Of a DNA stretch of 64,000 nt, positions 24,440-39,300 are shown one piece after another; position 1 is the first letter of the stretch, and every line of letters starts with the position of its first letter. A program made the position numbers and the translations under genes. A model generated the notes under the pieces. The model did not search any database and had not been told where the DNA came from. It was given only the letters and a program-made list of their open reading frames with translations. The stretch is from Nemertoderma westbladi (Eukaryota; Animalia; Xenacoelomorpha). Location: contig JAUCBJ010004839.1 in assembly GCA_032718475.1 (NCBI GenBank), positions 1 to 64,000 of the forward strand. The letters are read 5' to 3'.

Positions 24440-27400
24440 GAATTTAGTGCACACCAACTCCTAGACATTACCATATCTGGATATTTACTGAAATGTAGTG
24501 CACACCAACTCCTAGACATTACCATATCTGGATATTTACTGAAATGTAGTGCACACCAACTCCTAGACATTACCATATCTGGATACTTACTGAAATTTAG
24601 TGCACACCAACTCCTAGACATTACCATATCTGGATATTTACTGAAATGTAGTGCACACCAACTCCTAGACATTACCATATCTGGATATTTACTGAAATAT
24701 AGTTCACACCAACTCCTAGACATTACCATATCTGGATATTTACTGAAATTTAGTGCACACCAACTCCTAGACATTACCATATCTGGATATTTACTGAAAT
24801 GTAGTGCACACCAACTCCTAGACATTACCATATCTGGATATTTACTTAAATGTAATGCACACCAACTCCTAGACATTACCATATCTGGATATTTACTGAA
24901 ATTTAGTGCACACCAACTCCTAGACATTACCATATCTGGATATTTACTGAAATGTAGTGCACACCAACTCCTAGACATTACCATATCTGGATATTTACTG
25001 AAATATAGTTCACACCAACTCCTAGACATTACCATATCTGGATATTTACTGAAATGTAGTGCACACCAACTCCTAGACATTACCATATCTGTATATTTAC
25101 TGAAATGTAGTGCACACCAACTCCTAGACATTACCATATCTGGATATTTACAGAAATTTAGTGCACACCAACTCCTAGACATTACCATATCTGGATATTT
25201 ACTGAAATGTAGTGCACACCAACTCCTAGACATTACCATATCTGGATATTTACTGAAATGTAGTGCACACCAACTCCTAGACATTATCATATCTGGATAT
25301 TTACTGAAATGTAGTGCACACCAACTCCTAGACATTATCATATCTGGATATTTACTGAAATGTAGTGCACACCAACTCCTAGACATTACCATATCTGGAT
25401 ATTTACTGAAATTTAGTGCACACCAACTCCTAGACATTACCATATCTGGATATTTACTGAAATGTAGTGCACACCAACTCCTAGACATTACCATATCTGG
25501 ATATTTACTGAAATTTAGTGCACACCAACTCCTAGACATTACCATATCTGGATATTTACTGAAATGTAGTGCACACCAACTCCTAGACATTATCATATCT
25601 GGATATTTACTGAAATGTAGTGCACACCAACTCCTAGACATTATCATATCTGGATATTTACTGAAATGTAGTGCACACCAACTCCTAGACATTACCATAT
25701 CTGGATATTTACTGAAATTTAGTGCACACCAACTCCTAGACATTACCATATCTGGATATTTACTGAAATGTAGTGCACACCAACTCCTAGACATTACCAT
25801 ATCTGGATATTTACTGAAATTTAGTGCACACCAACTCCTAGACATTACCATATCTGGATATTTACTGAAATGTAGTGCACACCAACTCCTAGACATTACC
25901 ATATCTGGATATTTACTTAAATGTAATGCACACCAACTCCTAGACATTACCATATCTGGATATTTACTGAAATGTAGTGCACACCAACTCCTAGACATTA
26001 CCATATCTGGATATTTACTGAAATGTAGTGCACACCAACTCCTAGACATTACCATATCTGGATATTTACTGAAATGTAGTGCACACCAACTCCTAGACAT
26101 TACCATATCTGGATATTTACTGAAATGTAGTGCACACCAACTCCTATAGACATTACCATATCTGTATATTTACTGAAATGTAGTGCACATCAACTCCTAG
26201 ACATTACCATATCTGGATATTTACTGAAATGTAGTGCACACCAACTCCTAGACATTACCATATCTGGATATTTACTGAAATATAGTGCACACCAACTCCT
26301 AGACATTACCATATCTGGATATTTACTGAAATTTAGTGCACACCAACTCCTAGACATTACCATATCTGGATATTTACTGAAATGTAGTGCACACCAACTC
26401 CTAGACATTATCATATCTGGATATTTACTGAAATGTAGTGCACACCAACTCCTAGACATTACCATATCTGGATATTTACTGAAATTTAGTGCACACCAAC
26501 TCCTAGACATTACCATATCTGGATATTTACTGAAATGTAGTGCACACCAACTCCTAGACATTACCATATCTGGATATTTACTGAAATTTAGTGCACACCA
26601 ACTCCTAGACATTACCATATCTGGATATTTACTGAAATGTAGTGCACACCAACTCCTAGACATTACCATATCTGGATATTTACTTAAATGTAATGCACAC
26701 CAACTCCTAGACATTACCATATCTGGATATTTACTGAAATGTAGTGCACACCAACTCCTAGACATTAACATATCTGGATATTTACTGAAATGTAGTGCAC
26801 ACCAACTCCTAGACATTACCATAGCTGGATATTTACTGAAATGTAGTGCACACCAACTCCTAGACATTACCATATCTGGATATTTACTGAAATGTAGTGC
26901 ACACCAACTCCTATAGACATTACCATATCTGTATATTTACTGAAATGTAGTGCACATCAACTCCTAGACATTACCATATCTGGATATTTACTGAAATGTA
27001 GTGCACACCAACTCTTAGACATTACCATATCTGGATATTTACTGAAATATAGTGCACACCAACTCCTAGACATTACCATATCTGGATATTTACTGAAATT
27101 TAGTGCACACCAACTCCTAGACATTACCATATCTGGATATTTACTGAAATGTAGTGCACACCAACTCCTAGACATTACCATATCTGTATATTTACTGAAA
27201 TTTAGTGCACACCAACTCCTAGACATTACCATATCTGGATATTTACTGAAATGTGGTGCACACCAACTCCTAGACATTACCATATTTGGATATTTACTGA
27301 AATGTAGTGCACACCAACTCCTAGACATTACCATATCTGGATATTTACTGAAATGTAGTTCACACCAACTCCTAGACATTACCATATCTGGATATTTACT

Positions 27401-30400
27401 GAAATGTAGTGCACACCAACTCCTAGACATTACCATATCTGGATATTTACTGAAATGTAGTGCACACCAACTCCTAGACATTACCATATCTGGATATTTA
27501 CTGAAATTTAGTGCACACCAACTCCTAGACATTACCATATCTGGATATTTACTGAAATGTAGTGCACACCAACTCCTAGACATTACCATATCTGGATATT
27601 TACTGAAATGTAGTGCACACCAACTCCTAGACATTACCATATCTGGATGTTTACTGAAATTTAGTGCACACCAACTCCTAGACATTACCATATCTGGATA
27701 TTTACTGAAATTTAGTGCACACCAACTCCTAGACATTGCCATATCTGGATATTTACTGAAATGTAGTGCTCACCAACTCCTAGACATTACCATATTTGGA
27801 TATTTACTGAAATGTAGTGCACACCAACTCCTAGACATTACCATATCTGGATATTTACTGAAATGTAGTGCACACCAACTCCTAGACATTACCATATCTG
27901 GATGTTTACTGAAATTTAGTGCACACCAACTCCTAGACATTACCATATCTGGATATTTACTGAAATTTAGTGCACACCAACTCCTAGACATTGCCATATC
28001 TGGATATTTACTGAAATGTAGTGCTCACCAACTCCTAGACATTACCATATTTGGATATTTACTGAAATGTAGTGCACACCAACTCCTAGACATTACCATA
28101 TCTGGATGTTTACTGAAATTTAGTGCACACCAACTCCTAGACATTACCATATCTGGATATTTACTGAAATTTAGTGCACACCAACTCCTAGACATTGCCA
28201 TATCTGGATAATTACTGAAATGTAGTGCACACCAACTCCTAGACATTACCATATCTGGATATTTACTGAAATGTGGTGCACACCAACTCCTAGACATTAC
28301 CATATCTGGATATTTACTGAAATGTAGTGCACACCAACTCCTAGACATTACCATATCTGGATATTTACTGAAATGTAGTGCACACCAACTCCTAGACATT
28401 ACCATATCTGGATATTTACTGAAATGTAGTGCACACCAACTCCTAGACATTACCATATCTGGATATTTACTGAAATGTAGTGCACACCAACTCCTAGACA
28501 TTACCATATCTGGATATTTACTGAAATGTAGTGCACACCAACTCCTAGACATTACCATATCTGGATATTTACTGAAATGTAGTGCACACCAACTCCTAGA
28601 CATTACCATATCTGGATATTTACTGAAATGTAGTGCACACCAACTCCTAGACATTACCATATCTGGATATTTACTGAAATGTGGTGCACACCAACTCCTA
28701 GACATTACCATATTTGGATATTTACTGAAATGTAGTGCACACCAACTCCTAGACATTACCATATCTGGATATTTACTGAAATTTAGTGCACACCAACTCC
28801 TAGACATTACCATATCTGGATATTTACTGAAATGTAGTGCACACCAACTCCTAGACATTACCATATCTGGATATTTACTGAAATGTGGTGCACACCAACT
28901 CCTAGACATTACCATATTTGGATATTTACTGAAATGTAGTGCACACCAACTCCTAGACATTACCATATTTGGATATTTACTGAAATGTAGTGCACACCAA
29001 CTCCTAGACATTACCATATCTGGATATTTACTGAAATTTAGTGCACACCAACTCCTAGACATTACCATATCTGGATATTTACTGAAATGTAGTGCACACC
29101 AACTCCTAGACATTACCATATCTGGATATTTACTGAAATGTAGTGCACACCAACTCCTAGACATTACCATATCTGGATATTTACTGAAATGTAGTGCACA
29201 CCAACTCCTAGACATTACCATATCTGGATATTTACTGAAATGTGGTGCACACCAACTCCTAGACATTACCATATTTGGATATTTACTGAAATGTAGTGCA
29301 CACCAACTCCTAGACATTACCATATCTGGATATTTACTGAAATTTAGTGCACACCAACTCCTAGACATTACCATATCTGGATATTTACTGAAATGTAGTG
29401 CACACCAACTCCTAGACATTACCATATCTGGATATTTACTGAAATGTGGTGCACACCAACTCCTAGACATTACCATATTTGGATATTTACTGAAATGTAG
29501 TGCACACCAACTCCTAGACATTACCATATTTGGATATTTACTGAAATGTAGTGCACACCAACTCCTAGACATTACCATATCTGGATATTTACTGAAATTT
29601 AGTGCACACCAACTCCTAGACATTACCATATCTGGATATTTACTGAAATGTAGTGCACACCAACTCCTAGACATTACCATATCTGGATATTTACTGAAAT
29701 GTAGTGCACACCAACTCCTAGACATTACCATATCTGGATGTTTACTGAAATTTAGTGCACACCAACTCCTAGACATTACCATATCTGGATATTTACTGAA
29801 ATTTAGTGCACACCAACTCCTAGACATTGCCATATCTGGATATTTACTGAAATGTAGTGCTCACCAACTCCTAGACATTACCATATCTGGATATTTACTG
29901 AAATGTAGTGCACACCAACTCCTAGACATTACCATATCTGGATATTTACTGAAATTTAGTGCACACCAACTCCTAGACATTACCATATCTGGATATTTAC
30001 TGAAATTTAATGCACACCAACTCCTAGACATTACCATATCTGGATATTTACTGAAATTTAGTGCACACCAACTCGTAGTCATTACCATATCTGTATATTT
30101 ACTGAAATTTAGTGCACACCAACTCCTAGACATTACCATATCTGTATATTTACTGAAATTTAGTGCACACCAACTCCTAGACATTACCATATCTGGATAT
30201 TTACTGAAATTTAGTGCACACCAACTCCTAGACATTACCATATCTGTATATTTACTGAAATTTAGTGCACACCAACTCCTAGACATTACCATATCTGTAT
30301 ATTTACTGAAATTTAGTGCACACGAACTCCTAGACATTACCATATCTGTATATTTACTGAAATTTAGTACACACCAACTCCTAGACATTACCATATCTGT

Positions 30401-33400
30401 ATATTTACTGAAATGTAGTGCACACCAACTCCTAGACATTACCATATCTGGATATTTACTGAAATGTAGTGCTCACCAACTCCTAGACATTACCATATCT
30501 GGATATTTACTGAAATGTAGTGCTCACCAACTCCTAGACATTACCATATTTGGATATTTACTGAAATGTAGTGCACACCAACTCCTAGACATTACCATAT
30601 CTGGATGTTTACTGAAATTTAGTGCACACCAACTCCTAGACATTACCATATCTGGATATTTACTGAAATTTAGTGCACACCAACTCCTAGACATTGCCAT
30701 ATCTGGATATTTACTAAAATGTAGTGCACACGAACTCCTAGACATTACCATATTTGGATATTTACTGAAATGTAGTGCACACCAACTCCTAGACATTACC
30801 ATATTTGGATATTTACTGAAATTTAGTGCACACCAACTCCTAGACATTGCCATATCTGGATATTACTGAAATGTAGTGCACACCAACTCCTAGACATTAC
30901 CATATCTGGATATTTACTGAAATGTGGTGCACACCAACTCCTAGACATTACCATATTTGGATATTTACTGAAATTTAGTGCACACCAACTCCTAGACATT
31001 GCCATATCTGGATAATTACTGAAATGTAGTGCACACCAACTCCTAGACATTACCATATCTGGATATTTACTGAAATGTAGTGCTCACCAACTCCTAGACA
31101 TTACCATATCTGGATATTTACTGAAATGTAGTGCACACCAACTCCTAGACATTACCATATCTGGATATTTACTGAAATGTAGTGCACACCAACTCCTAGA
31201 CATTACCATATCTGGATATTTACTGAAATGTAGTGCACACCAACTCCTAGACATTACCATATCTGGATATTTACTGAAATGTAGTGCACACCAACTCCTA
31301 GACATTACCATATCTGGATATTTACTGAAATGTAGTGCACACCAACTCCTAGACATTACCATATCTGGATATTTACTGAAATGTAGTGCACACCAACTCC
31401 TAGACATTACCATATCTGGATATTTACTGAAATGTAGTGCACACCAACTCCTAGACATTACCATATCTGGATATTTACTGAAATGTGGTGCACACCAACT
31501 CCTAGACATTACCATATTTGGATATTTACTGAAATGTAGTGCACACCAACTCCTAGACATTACCATATCTGGATATTTACTGAAATTTAGTGCACACCAA
31601 CTCCTAGACATTACCATATCTGGATATTTACTGAAATGTAGTGCACACCAACTCCTAGACATTACCATATCTGGATATTTACTGAAATGTGGTGCACACC
31701 AACTCCTAGACATTACCATATTTGGATATTTACTGAAATGTAGTGCACACCAACTCCTAGACATTACCATATTTGGATATTTACTGAAATGTAGTGCACA
31801 CCAACTCCTAGACATTACCATATCTGGATATTTACTGAAATTTAGTGCACACCAACTCCTAGACATTACCATATCTGGATATTTACTGAAATGTAGTGCA
31901 CACCAACTCCTAGACATTACCATATCTGGATATTTACTGAAATGTAGTGCACACCAACTCCTAGACATTACCATATCTGGATATTTACTGAAATGTAGTG
32001 CACACCAACTCCTAGACATTACCATATCTGGATATTTACTGAAATGTGGTGCACACCAACTCCTAGACATTACCATATTTGGATATTTACTGAAATGTAG
32101 TGCACACCAACTCCTAGACATTACCATATCTGGATATTTACTGAAATTTAGTGCACACCAACTCCTAGACATTACCATATCTGGATATTTACTGAAATGT
32201 AGTGCACACCAACTCCTAGACATTACCATATCTGGATATTTACTGAAATGTGGTGCACACCAACTCCTAGACATTACCATATTTGGATATTTACTGAAAT
32301 GTAGTGCACACCAACTCCTAGACATTACCATATTTGGATATTTACTGAAATGTAGTGCACACCAACTCCTAGACATTACCATATCTGGATATTTACTGAA
32401 ATTTAGTGCACACCAACTCCTAGACATTACCATATCTGGATATTTACTGAAATGTAGTGCACACCAACTCCGAGACATTACCATATCTGGATATTTACTG
32501 AAATGTAGTGCACACCAACTCCTAGACATTACCATATCTGGATGTTTACTGAAATTTAGTGCACACCAACTCCTAGACATTACCATATCTGGATATTTAC
32601 TGAAATTTAGTGCACACCAACTCCTAGACATTGCCATATCTGGATATTTACTGAAATGTAGTGCTCACCAACTCCTAGACATTACCATATCTGGATATTT
32701 ACTGAAATGTAGTGCACACCAACTCCTAGACATTACCATATCTGGATATTTACTGAAATTTAGTGCACACCAACTCCTAGACATTACCATATCTGGATAT
32801 TTACTGAAATTTAATGCACACCAACTCCTAGACATTACCATATCTGGATATTTACTGAAATTTAGTGCACACCAACTCGTAGACATTACCATATCTGTAT
32901 ATTTACTGAAATTTAGTGCACACCAACTCCTAGACATTACCATATCTGTATATTTACTGAAATTTAGTGCACACCAACTCCTAGACATTACCATATCTGG
33001 ATATTTACTGAAATTTAGTGCACACCAACTCCTAGACATTACCATATCTGTATATTTACTGAAATTTAGTGCACACCAACTCCTAGACATTACCATATCT
33101 GTATATTTACTGAAATTTAGTGCACACGAACTCCTAGACATTACCATATCTGTATATTTACTGAAATTTAGTACACACCAACTCCTAGACATTACCATAT
33201 CTGTATATTTACTGAAATGTAGTGCACACCAACTCCTAGACATTACCATATCTGGATATTTACTGAAATGTAGTGCTCACCAACTCCTAGACATTACCAT
33301 ATCTGGATATTTACTGAAATGTAGTGCACACCAACTCCTAGACATTACCATATCTGGATATTTACTGAAATGTAGTGCTCACCAACTCCTAGACATTACC

Positions 33401-33836
33401 ATATCTGGATATTTACTGAAATGTAGTGCACACCAACTCCTAGACATTACCATATCTGGATATTTACTGGTATGTAGTGCACACCAACTCCTAGACATTA
33501 CCATATCTGGATATTTACTGAAATGTAGTGCACACCAACTCCTAGACATTACCATATCTGGATATTTACTGAAATTTAGTGCACACCAACTCCTAGACAT
33601 TACCATATCTGGATATTTACTGAAATGTAGTGCACACCAACTCCTAGACATTACCATATCTGGATATTTACTGAAATGTAGTGCACACCAACTCCTAGAC
33701 ATTACCATATCTGGATGTTTACTGAAATTTAGTGCACACCAACTCCTAGACATTACCATATCTGGATATTTACTGAAATGTAGTGCACACCAACTCCTAG
33801 ACATTACCATATCTGGATATTTACTGAAATGTAGTG
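24440..33836. repeat. 51-bp satellite, left arm (~184 copies)
   Basis: Unit tagtgcacaccaactcctagacattaccatatctggatatttactgaaatg. Confidence 0.97.
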
Positions 33837-35758
33837 TAATTGAAGAGACAGCAACAATACCTGCAATATCCTACTGTAAAGTTTGTGAATCAAATCATAA
33901 ATCCGACCTTCTCACCAAAACAATAAACTCTAAGTAAGCGAATATATTGCAGTATCGATCTCTTATAACCGGTGAGGCAGAAAACAGTCTACGAGCAGAC
34001 AAACTTCGATGAAACAAAATCCCGCGCAGCGAATCCTAAAATCAGGCTGACTCACTGACGGACTAAGGGGCTCGTATACTTTGCCGCGGTGTGATTTATA
34101 TGGTTTGGGCAAAGAGACGCTAGCTAGGTACAGGCAGACTTGGAGATGTCTAACTAGCGGGCAAAACACAGTACGGACAAAGTTAATTTTATATATTTCG
34201 AGGTGTAAATAATTTCTAACGCGCGTGTGTTAATTCTGAACAGTCAAAAACAGTTTTGCTCCTTCACATATATAATTACTGGGTACGGTGTGCATTTTAC
34301 GAATATTCTAATTTTATAACTTGTAGGTCCAATACTCACGAATGATAAGGTTCCTTCCCCTCTTGCGTATTTCCAGGACTCAAATTCAGGCATAAGGTTA
34401 ATACTACGCCCAGAGTTCGGCAATTTTAGGTACCAGGTCCCTGATACTAAGAAGAGATGTGTTAGTTTACTACTGTAGGCGTACGGGTACTAATAGCTAT
34501 CCTGGCTCCTATCTAGAATTTTAGTCACCCAGGTAGTCCGGGTAACTTCCTATTAGGGCGTTGGCGGGGACACGGTAGATGTTAGTATCCCTGATAGCCT
34601 CAATTTATTTGCGCCTAGTGTAAACTGCCCTACCGCCTGAACGGTACAATCCCAATTCAGGTGAAAACACAATAACCCTCCTAACCTACAAGTTCTAATG
34701 CAATGGACACTGTCGTACTGCAAATAGTCGCACACGCACCTGTACTTAGCAAGAGTTAAGCGTACAGTTTGCTGCACCCTAACCAATGTGTATGCCTTGT
34801 ACCGGTGTGCCTACGTCCTATCTGCGTACTAGTATCTGCCTGCGCTCTCTCTCTCCCCCCGTAGGAATGTGAAGGTCTACTGTGGGTTTTTCCTGAATCA
34901 AGACAGTACAGTCCCTATGATGTAATTTTAGGCTTGCAGCGTGTCACTACGTCTACCTTTTGATCTTTGGTCTTACACTTAGGTAGCAAGGATCGAACGC
35001 TGTCTAACCTTTCAGGCGATGGGCGAATAACTATAGATGGTATTGCGGGTGTCTCTCGTCTACATTCCCGTGATGTTCCCGTTCATTGCTGCGGCCCGAT
35101 CTCTAGCCGGCCATCCTGTCCCTGAGTTTGTTCACCGTAGTGAATTCATAGTAAAACAGATAGAAAGCTGAGAGAATATTCTGACTTTATTACAGAAGAC
35201 ACAATTATAATACAATGTAATCTGAGAATAAACTAAGCACGACAGAATATTGATAAGATAATCTGAGAAAGATTGAGATATAAGATTGAATGTATAAGAA
35301 GTTTGTGTAAGCAAGTATACTAATGAACGAAATCGCACCTTTATATACTAAATTTGTGCCGCAATCAATCGAGAAAATTCTCGATTGTTCTATGGGTTCT
35401 AACGAGGTTTTAAAGATAGCTTATTGGTCCAGCTAATATATAACTTGCACGACATTGGTTACAATCAAATAACTACAGCCTTATTGGTACAGACAAATGC
35501 AATTAATTTGTAGCGGTTAATTTAAATGAGTTGAAATTCTGCACAAAAAATAATTCGCACTTACTAGGATTCGAACTCAATACCTACTACACATATAATT
35601 TCCAACGCTCTACCGACTGAGCTACTGAACCACTTGACCGATGGGTGTACAATAGATATAATAAATACAAATGAGGACTCAAAGCAATCTTTTACAAAGT
35701 TAATCCGAATAAATAGAAATTTTGAAAATCCACGGCATTTAGGGAATATAATTCTATA
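33837..35758 (-). repeat. 3' LTR (1922 bp)
   Basis: Matches 51383-53304 at offset 17546; only three substitutions noticed by eye (near 34134, 34298, 34415). Confidence 0.95.
35556..35631 (-). ncRNA. tRNA-like Pol III cassette in the 3' LTR
   Basis: Minus strand TAGCTCAGTCGGTAGAGC (A box / D arm), GAGTTCGAATCC (B box), then T6; acceptor and anticodon stems do not pair. Confidence 0.6.
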
Positions 35759-35766
35759 CCGCTCCA
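35759..35766 (-). other. Short polypurine-tract candidate
   Basis: Minus strand (t)ggagcgg directly abuts the 3' LTR. Confidence 0.45.
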
Positions 35767-36388
35767 TGAAAACAGGATATTATCGTGCATAAAATATACG
35801 GTTTTCACCAATAATCAATCAAACTATCGAATACTTAGGGCGTACTTACATATTTACAATTAAATTTCAAACAATATTTCCTTTCTACGTAATGATTCGA
35901 TACAAAATAATTACAAATTCAAACTTTACGTATTTAAGGCTTTGCTAAGTAAGTACAATATAAATCTAAATTAAATTCACCAATATAAATCTATTGCATC
36001 TTAATATTGCATAAATTCAAACAATTACAAATACAAATAAATGAAAACAATAAGAAAGGCTCGCGAGTCTTCCATCTACTCTTACTTTCTATTTCACTGT
36101 AAATACAAATACTGCTTATAAGATATAAATTGCATAATATTCGGAACAATATAAATTGCATAAGTTCGGAATAATATAAATTGCATAAGTTCGGAATAAT
36201 CACGTAAATATAAAATATAAATTCTTACAAATATAAATCTTTACTAAATATAAATCTGACTAAATGTGAGTCTTACTAAATATGAGTTCTTCCAGAATAT
36301 AAAACTTTCTAAATATAAAACATATAATTCAAATCAATCACAAATCATAAGAAAGGCTCACGAGTCTTCCGTCCACCCTTGCCCTCCC

Positions 36389-39300
36389 TTATCGTTTAGT
36401 AGATCGAGCCCTGCCGCGTCCTCGAAAACTTCGCACAGGTGACTTTGCTCGCGATATGGGACTAATGGGACGAGTCACTGGTTTACTTGGGACGTTGAGA
36501 GACGGTGCGACTATTTCCTCGCAAATTCGTCTATTTGGCATCCCAAAACCTCGACCGATTCCTCGTGACCGATCAGTCGTCACTACAGTTGGTAGAACGT
36601 CTGGGAACGCGCGAGAAGTGGACGATGCAGACCCAAGAGTAGCTTGCGCCCCCTGTTGATCAGCTGGTGTATGTCCCGATCCTCCTACTGGTTCTCTTGG
36701 AAGTGATACCGTATCCCGAGTAACTCGAATGGTCGGCTCAGCTCCCTTGCGTTCTTCTACATTAATAATTTTCTTTAATTGTTGGCCCACTTTCTGGACC
36801 CGTATGATCCTACCCTGTCCGTCCTCCCGAGGGTGACGTGCAGACGGCGCAACCGGAGTGGCTGGTATATTTGTCGCCTCTAGGACCTCTTCTTCCTCGA
36901 ATACGCTCGCTCGTATACGTTTGTGGTAAAACGCGGCTCGGTACGCCCATGCGACGGTTAACCAAGCTCCTTTATTCCGCTTTTCAGTTCGGAAACGATC
37001 GAATTCACCATACGTGATGCGATTAACGACTTTCTGAAAATTCCACGTGTTTTTGTTATCTGGGTGAATCTGTAATAGATACTCGCGCACTACTCGGATT
37101 CCACTGTCGTGGGGCAAAATATCGACTACCTCGATAAGTTCGTCATATTGGGGCATAGCGGAGATGTATCCTTCCGACATCATCGTTTGGGGATTTACCG
37201 CCCAAAATCCAAGATGCGCTCTCATCGGAAATCGTCTTCTTTGTGCCGATACATGTTCGTCGGCTAAATCTTCCCACTCATCGAATAATTTTCTCACGAG
37301 TTTTACAGATTCGTGTTCATAAGGTATGTCTCTTAGTTGGCATTCAGATGCTCGATGTCCCTTTATATTGCAGTAAGTACATTGAGCCATAAATCTCCAG
37401 CAAGTATAAAAGGTATGAGACCCTTGATCCCCACACCATCCACAGATTAGCTGAGTCGTAGTAATGTGCTTTCCACTGCACTTTGTCATATGATGTCCAG
37501 CGACGCCACATTTACTACACATCGTATTGGTAGGGTACCACACTCGTTCGTATATAAGATCTCCAATCGGTCGAGCGCTTCCTCCCATACTATAATCGTA
37601 ATCATCTGGGTCTATGGGTTGGTAGGTTTCTGAAGGTTGTATACAAACTATAGCATCTGTTGATTCAAGTTGTCGAATCTCCGTCTGAGATTTCTTCGGG
37701 AGGTTCCTTTCTATCTCAAGAAGTTCCTCTAAAGGATCGTCGGCGATCGTAGTAGTTACTTCGAATTCATCACCAAGGTGACCGATAGGCGCGCGCGTCT
37801 GCCGTGATTCTTCCGTAATCTCCACGATACGTTCTCCTTCATAGGGTAACAATGTAAACATAGATGGTCTTTCGATAAGAGATCCCGCACAGCGAAGATA
37901 CACGTCTCGAAATATACTAAATCCTGCTCGAGTAAAGGCATTACACTGAGCGTCGGAGTTGTAGAAGGGTTCAAGGAATCGTCTAAACACGTCGGTACGA
38001 ATTCTCCCTTCCATGTAGAACGTATGATCTTCTCCGAGACAAAGTGGATGTCTTTTGAGAGTCCGAGACACAATGTCGGCGATTAGGCAAACATTCACTG
38101 ACGACTCTATTGCTAAATAATATTGTAAGACCGCTCTTGGAGGTGACGTAATAGCCCAATACACGCATCCTCTCCATTTAAGCTGTGATTCAAACTCACT
38201 CATATCTGGAGTATCACCTTCTCCATAAGTTTCAATATACTTGTTTCTTTTACCTTCCTTATAATCCCAATTGAATAACAGGTAGGAAATGTATCCAGTT
38301 CCAGTCTTCTGAGTATTATACTCACGAAAATATCCCTGTTCTATAGACCACAGAATAAGAGGTCGGGTGTCGACGTATGGTGTCGGTAGTCGGTCATCGC
38401 TGTCCGTCATGCCGGCGAAGTCGCTAATTAAATCCTCCCTTACTCCTGATCCAACCTTTACAACAGTTTTATCTAAAATCATGTTTCTTACCATCTTCGG
38501 TAACATTCTAGCGTCAATATTACAAGCTTGGTCCATCTTCTTTACTATATCGGTGATAAGATGGTGTCGCTTTGTATTCGCTGGAGGTATCGGCATTCGT
38601 TTGTCGCTTCTCTGTCTACTGAAAACGTGCAGGACTCCGTCCGCCGCTCTAATCTGTATAGTCTTAGAAGTCAAACTCTGCTGATGACTGCCTCCCTCGT
38701 TATCGTAAAACATATAACCGTTTTCCTGAAACGATCTAAACGTCCTAGTCCATTCATCCAACAATTCTTCTGAAGGTTGCCAAATCTTCTCTATATCCTT
38801 ATCCTCATCGAAACGAATAACCTTACCTCGCCAATCTGCGGCAATATCCGTATCCGACTCGAAGGTTCCGGTTCCAATCCATAAGCGAATCGTCTTGGTT
38901 AGATATCCTTTTAGATTACTCGGAGCTATGTCGGCACCAGCTCTATCCAATTCCTTAAAATCTTGAATATGAGGTGGAACGTTGTTCACGACCTTTTGAG
39001 TAATATGTCTACGTAAATCATATATCTTACTCATATCGCTGAAAACAACTGCAGGAAGAAACTCCAAGTTTGAAATGATTTCTGGATGATCCACGATGGG
39101 TATTTCGTACGTCGTATCCTGTCGGACTGGTATACTAATAGGGAAATTGAGTGTCGTACTCAATGGTTTCGTAGTTGAAGTACTATACGGTTGCATTTCT
39201 CTTGTCCTCTCCGGGGATGCAATCTGTAGTCTCTGAATAACGTTTTGAGCAAAGTTTATGCTCTCGAAAACTTCCGGTGTCATCTCCTTAGCTGAAGTTT

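Noticed and set aside
12130-33836. CRISPR-like appearance of regular repeats
   Set aside because: No unique spacers, no cas genes, eukaryotic intron-exon context
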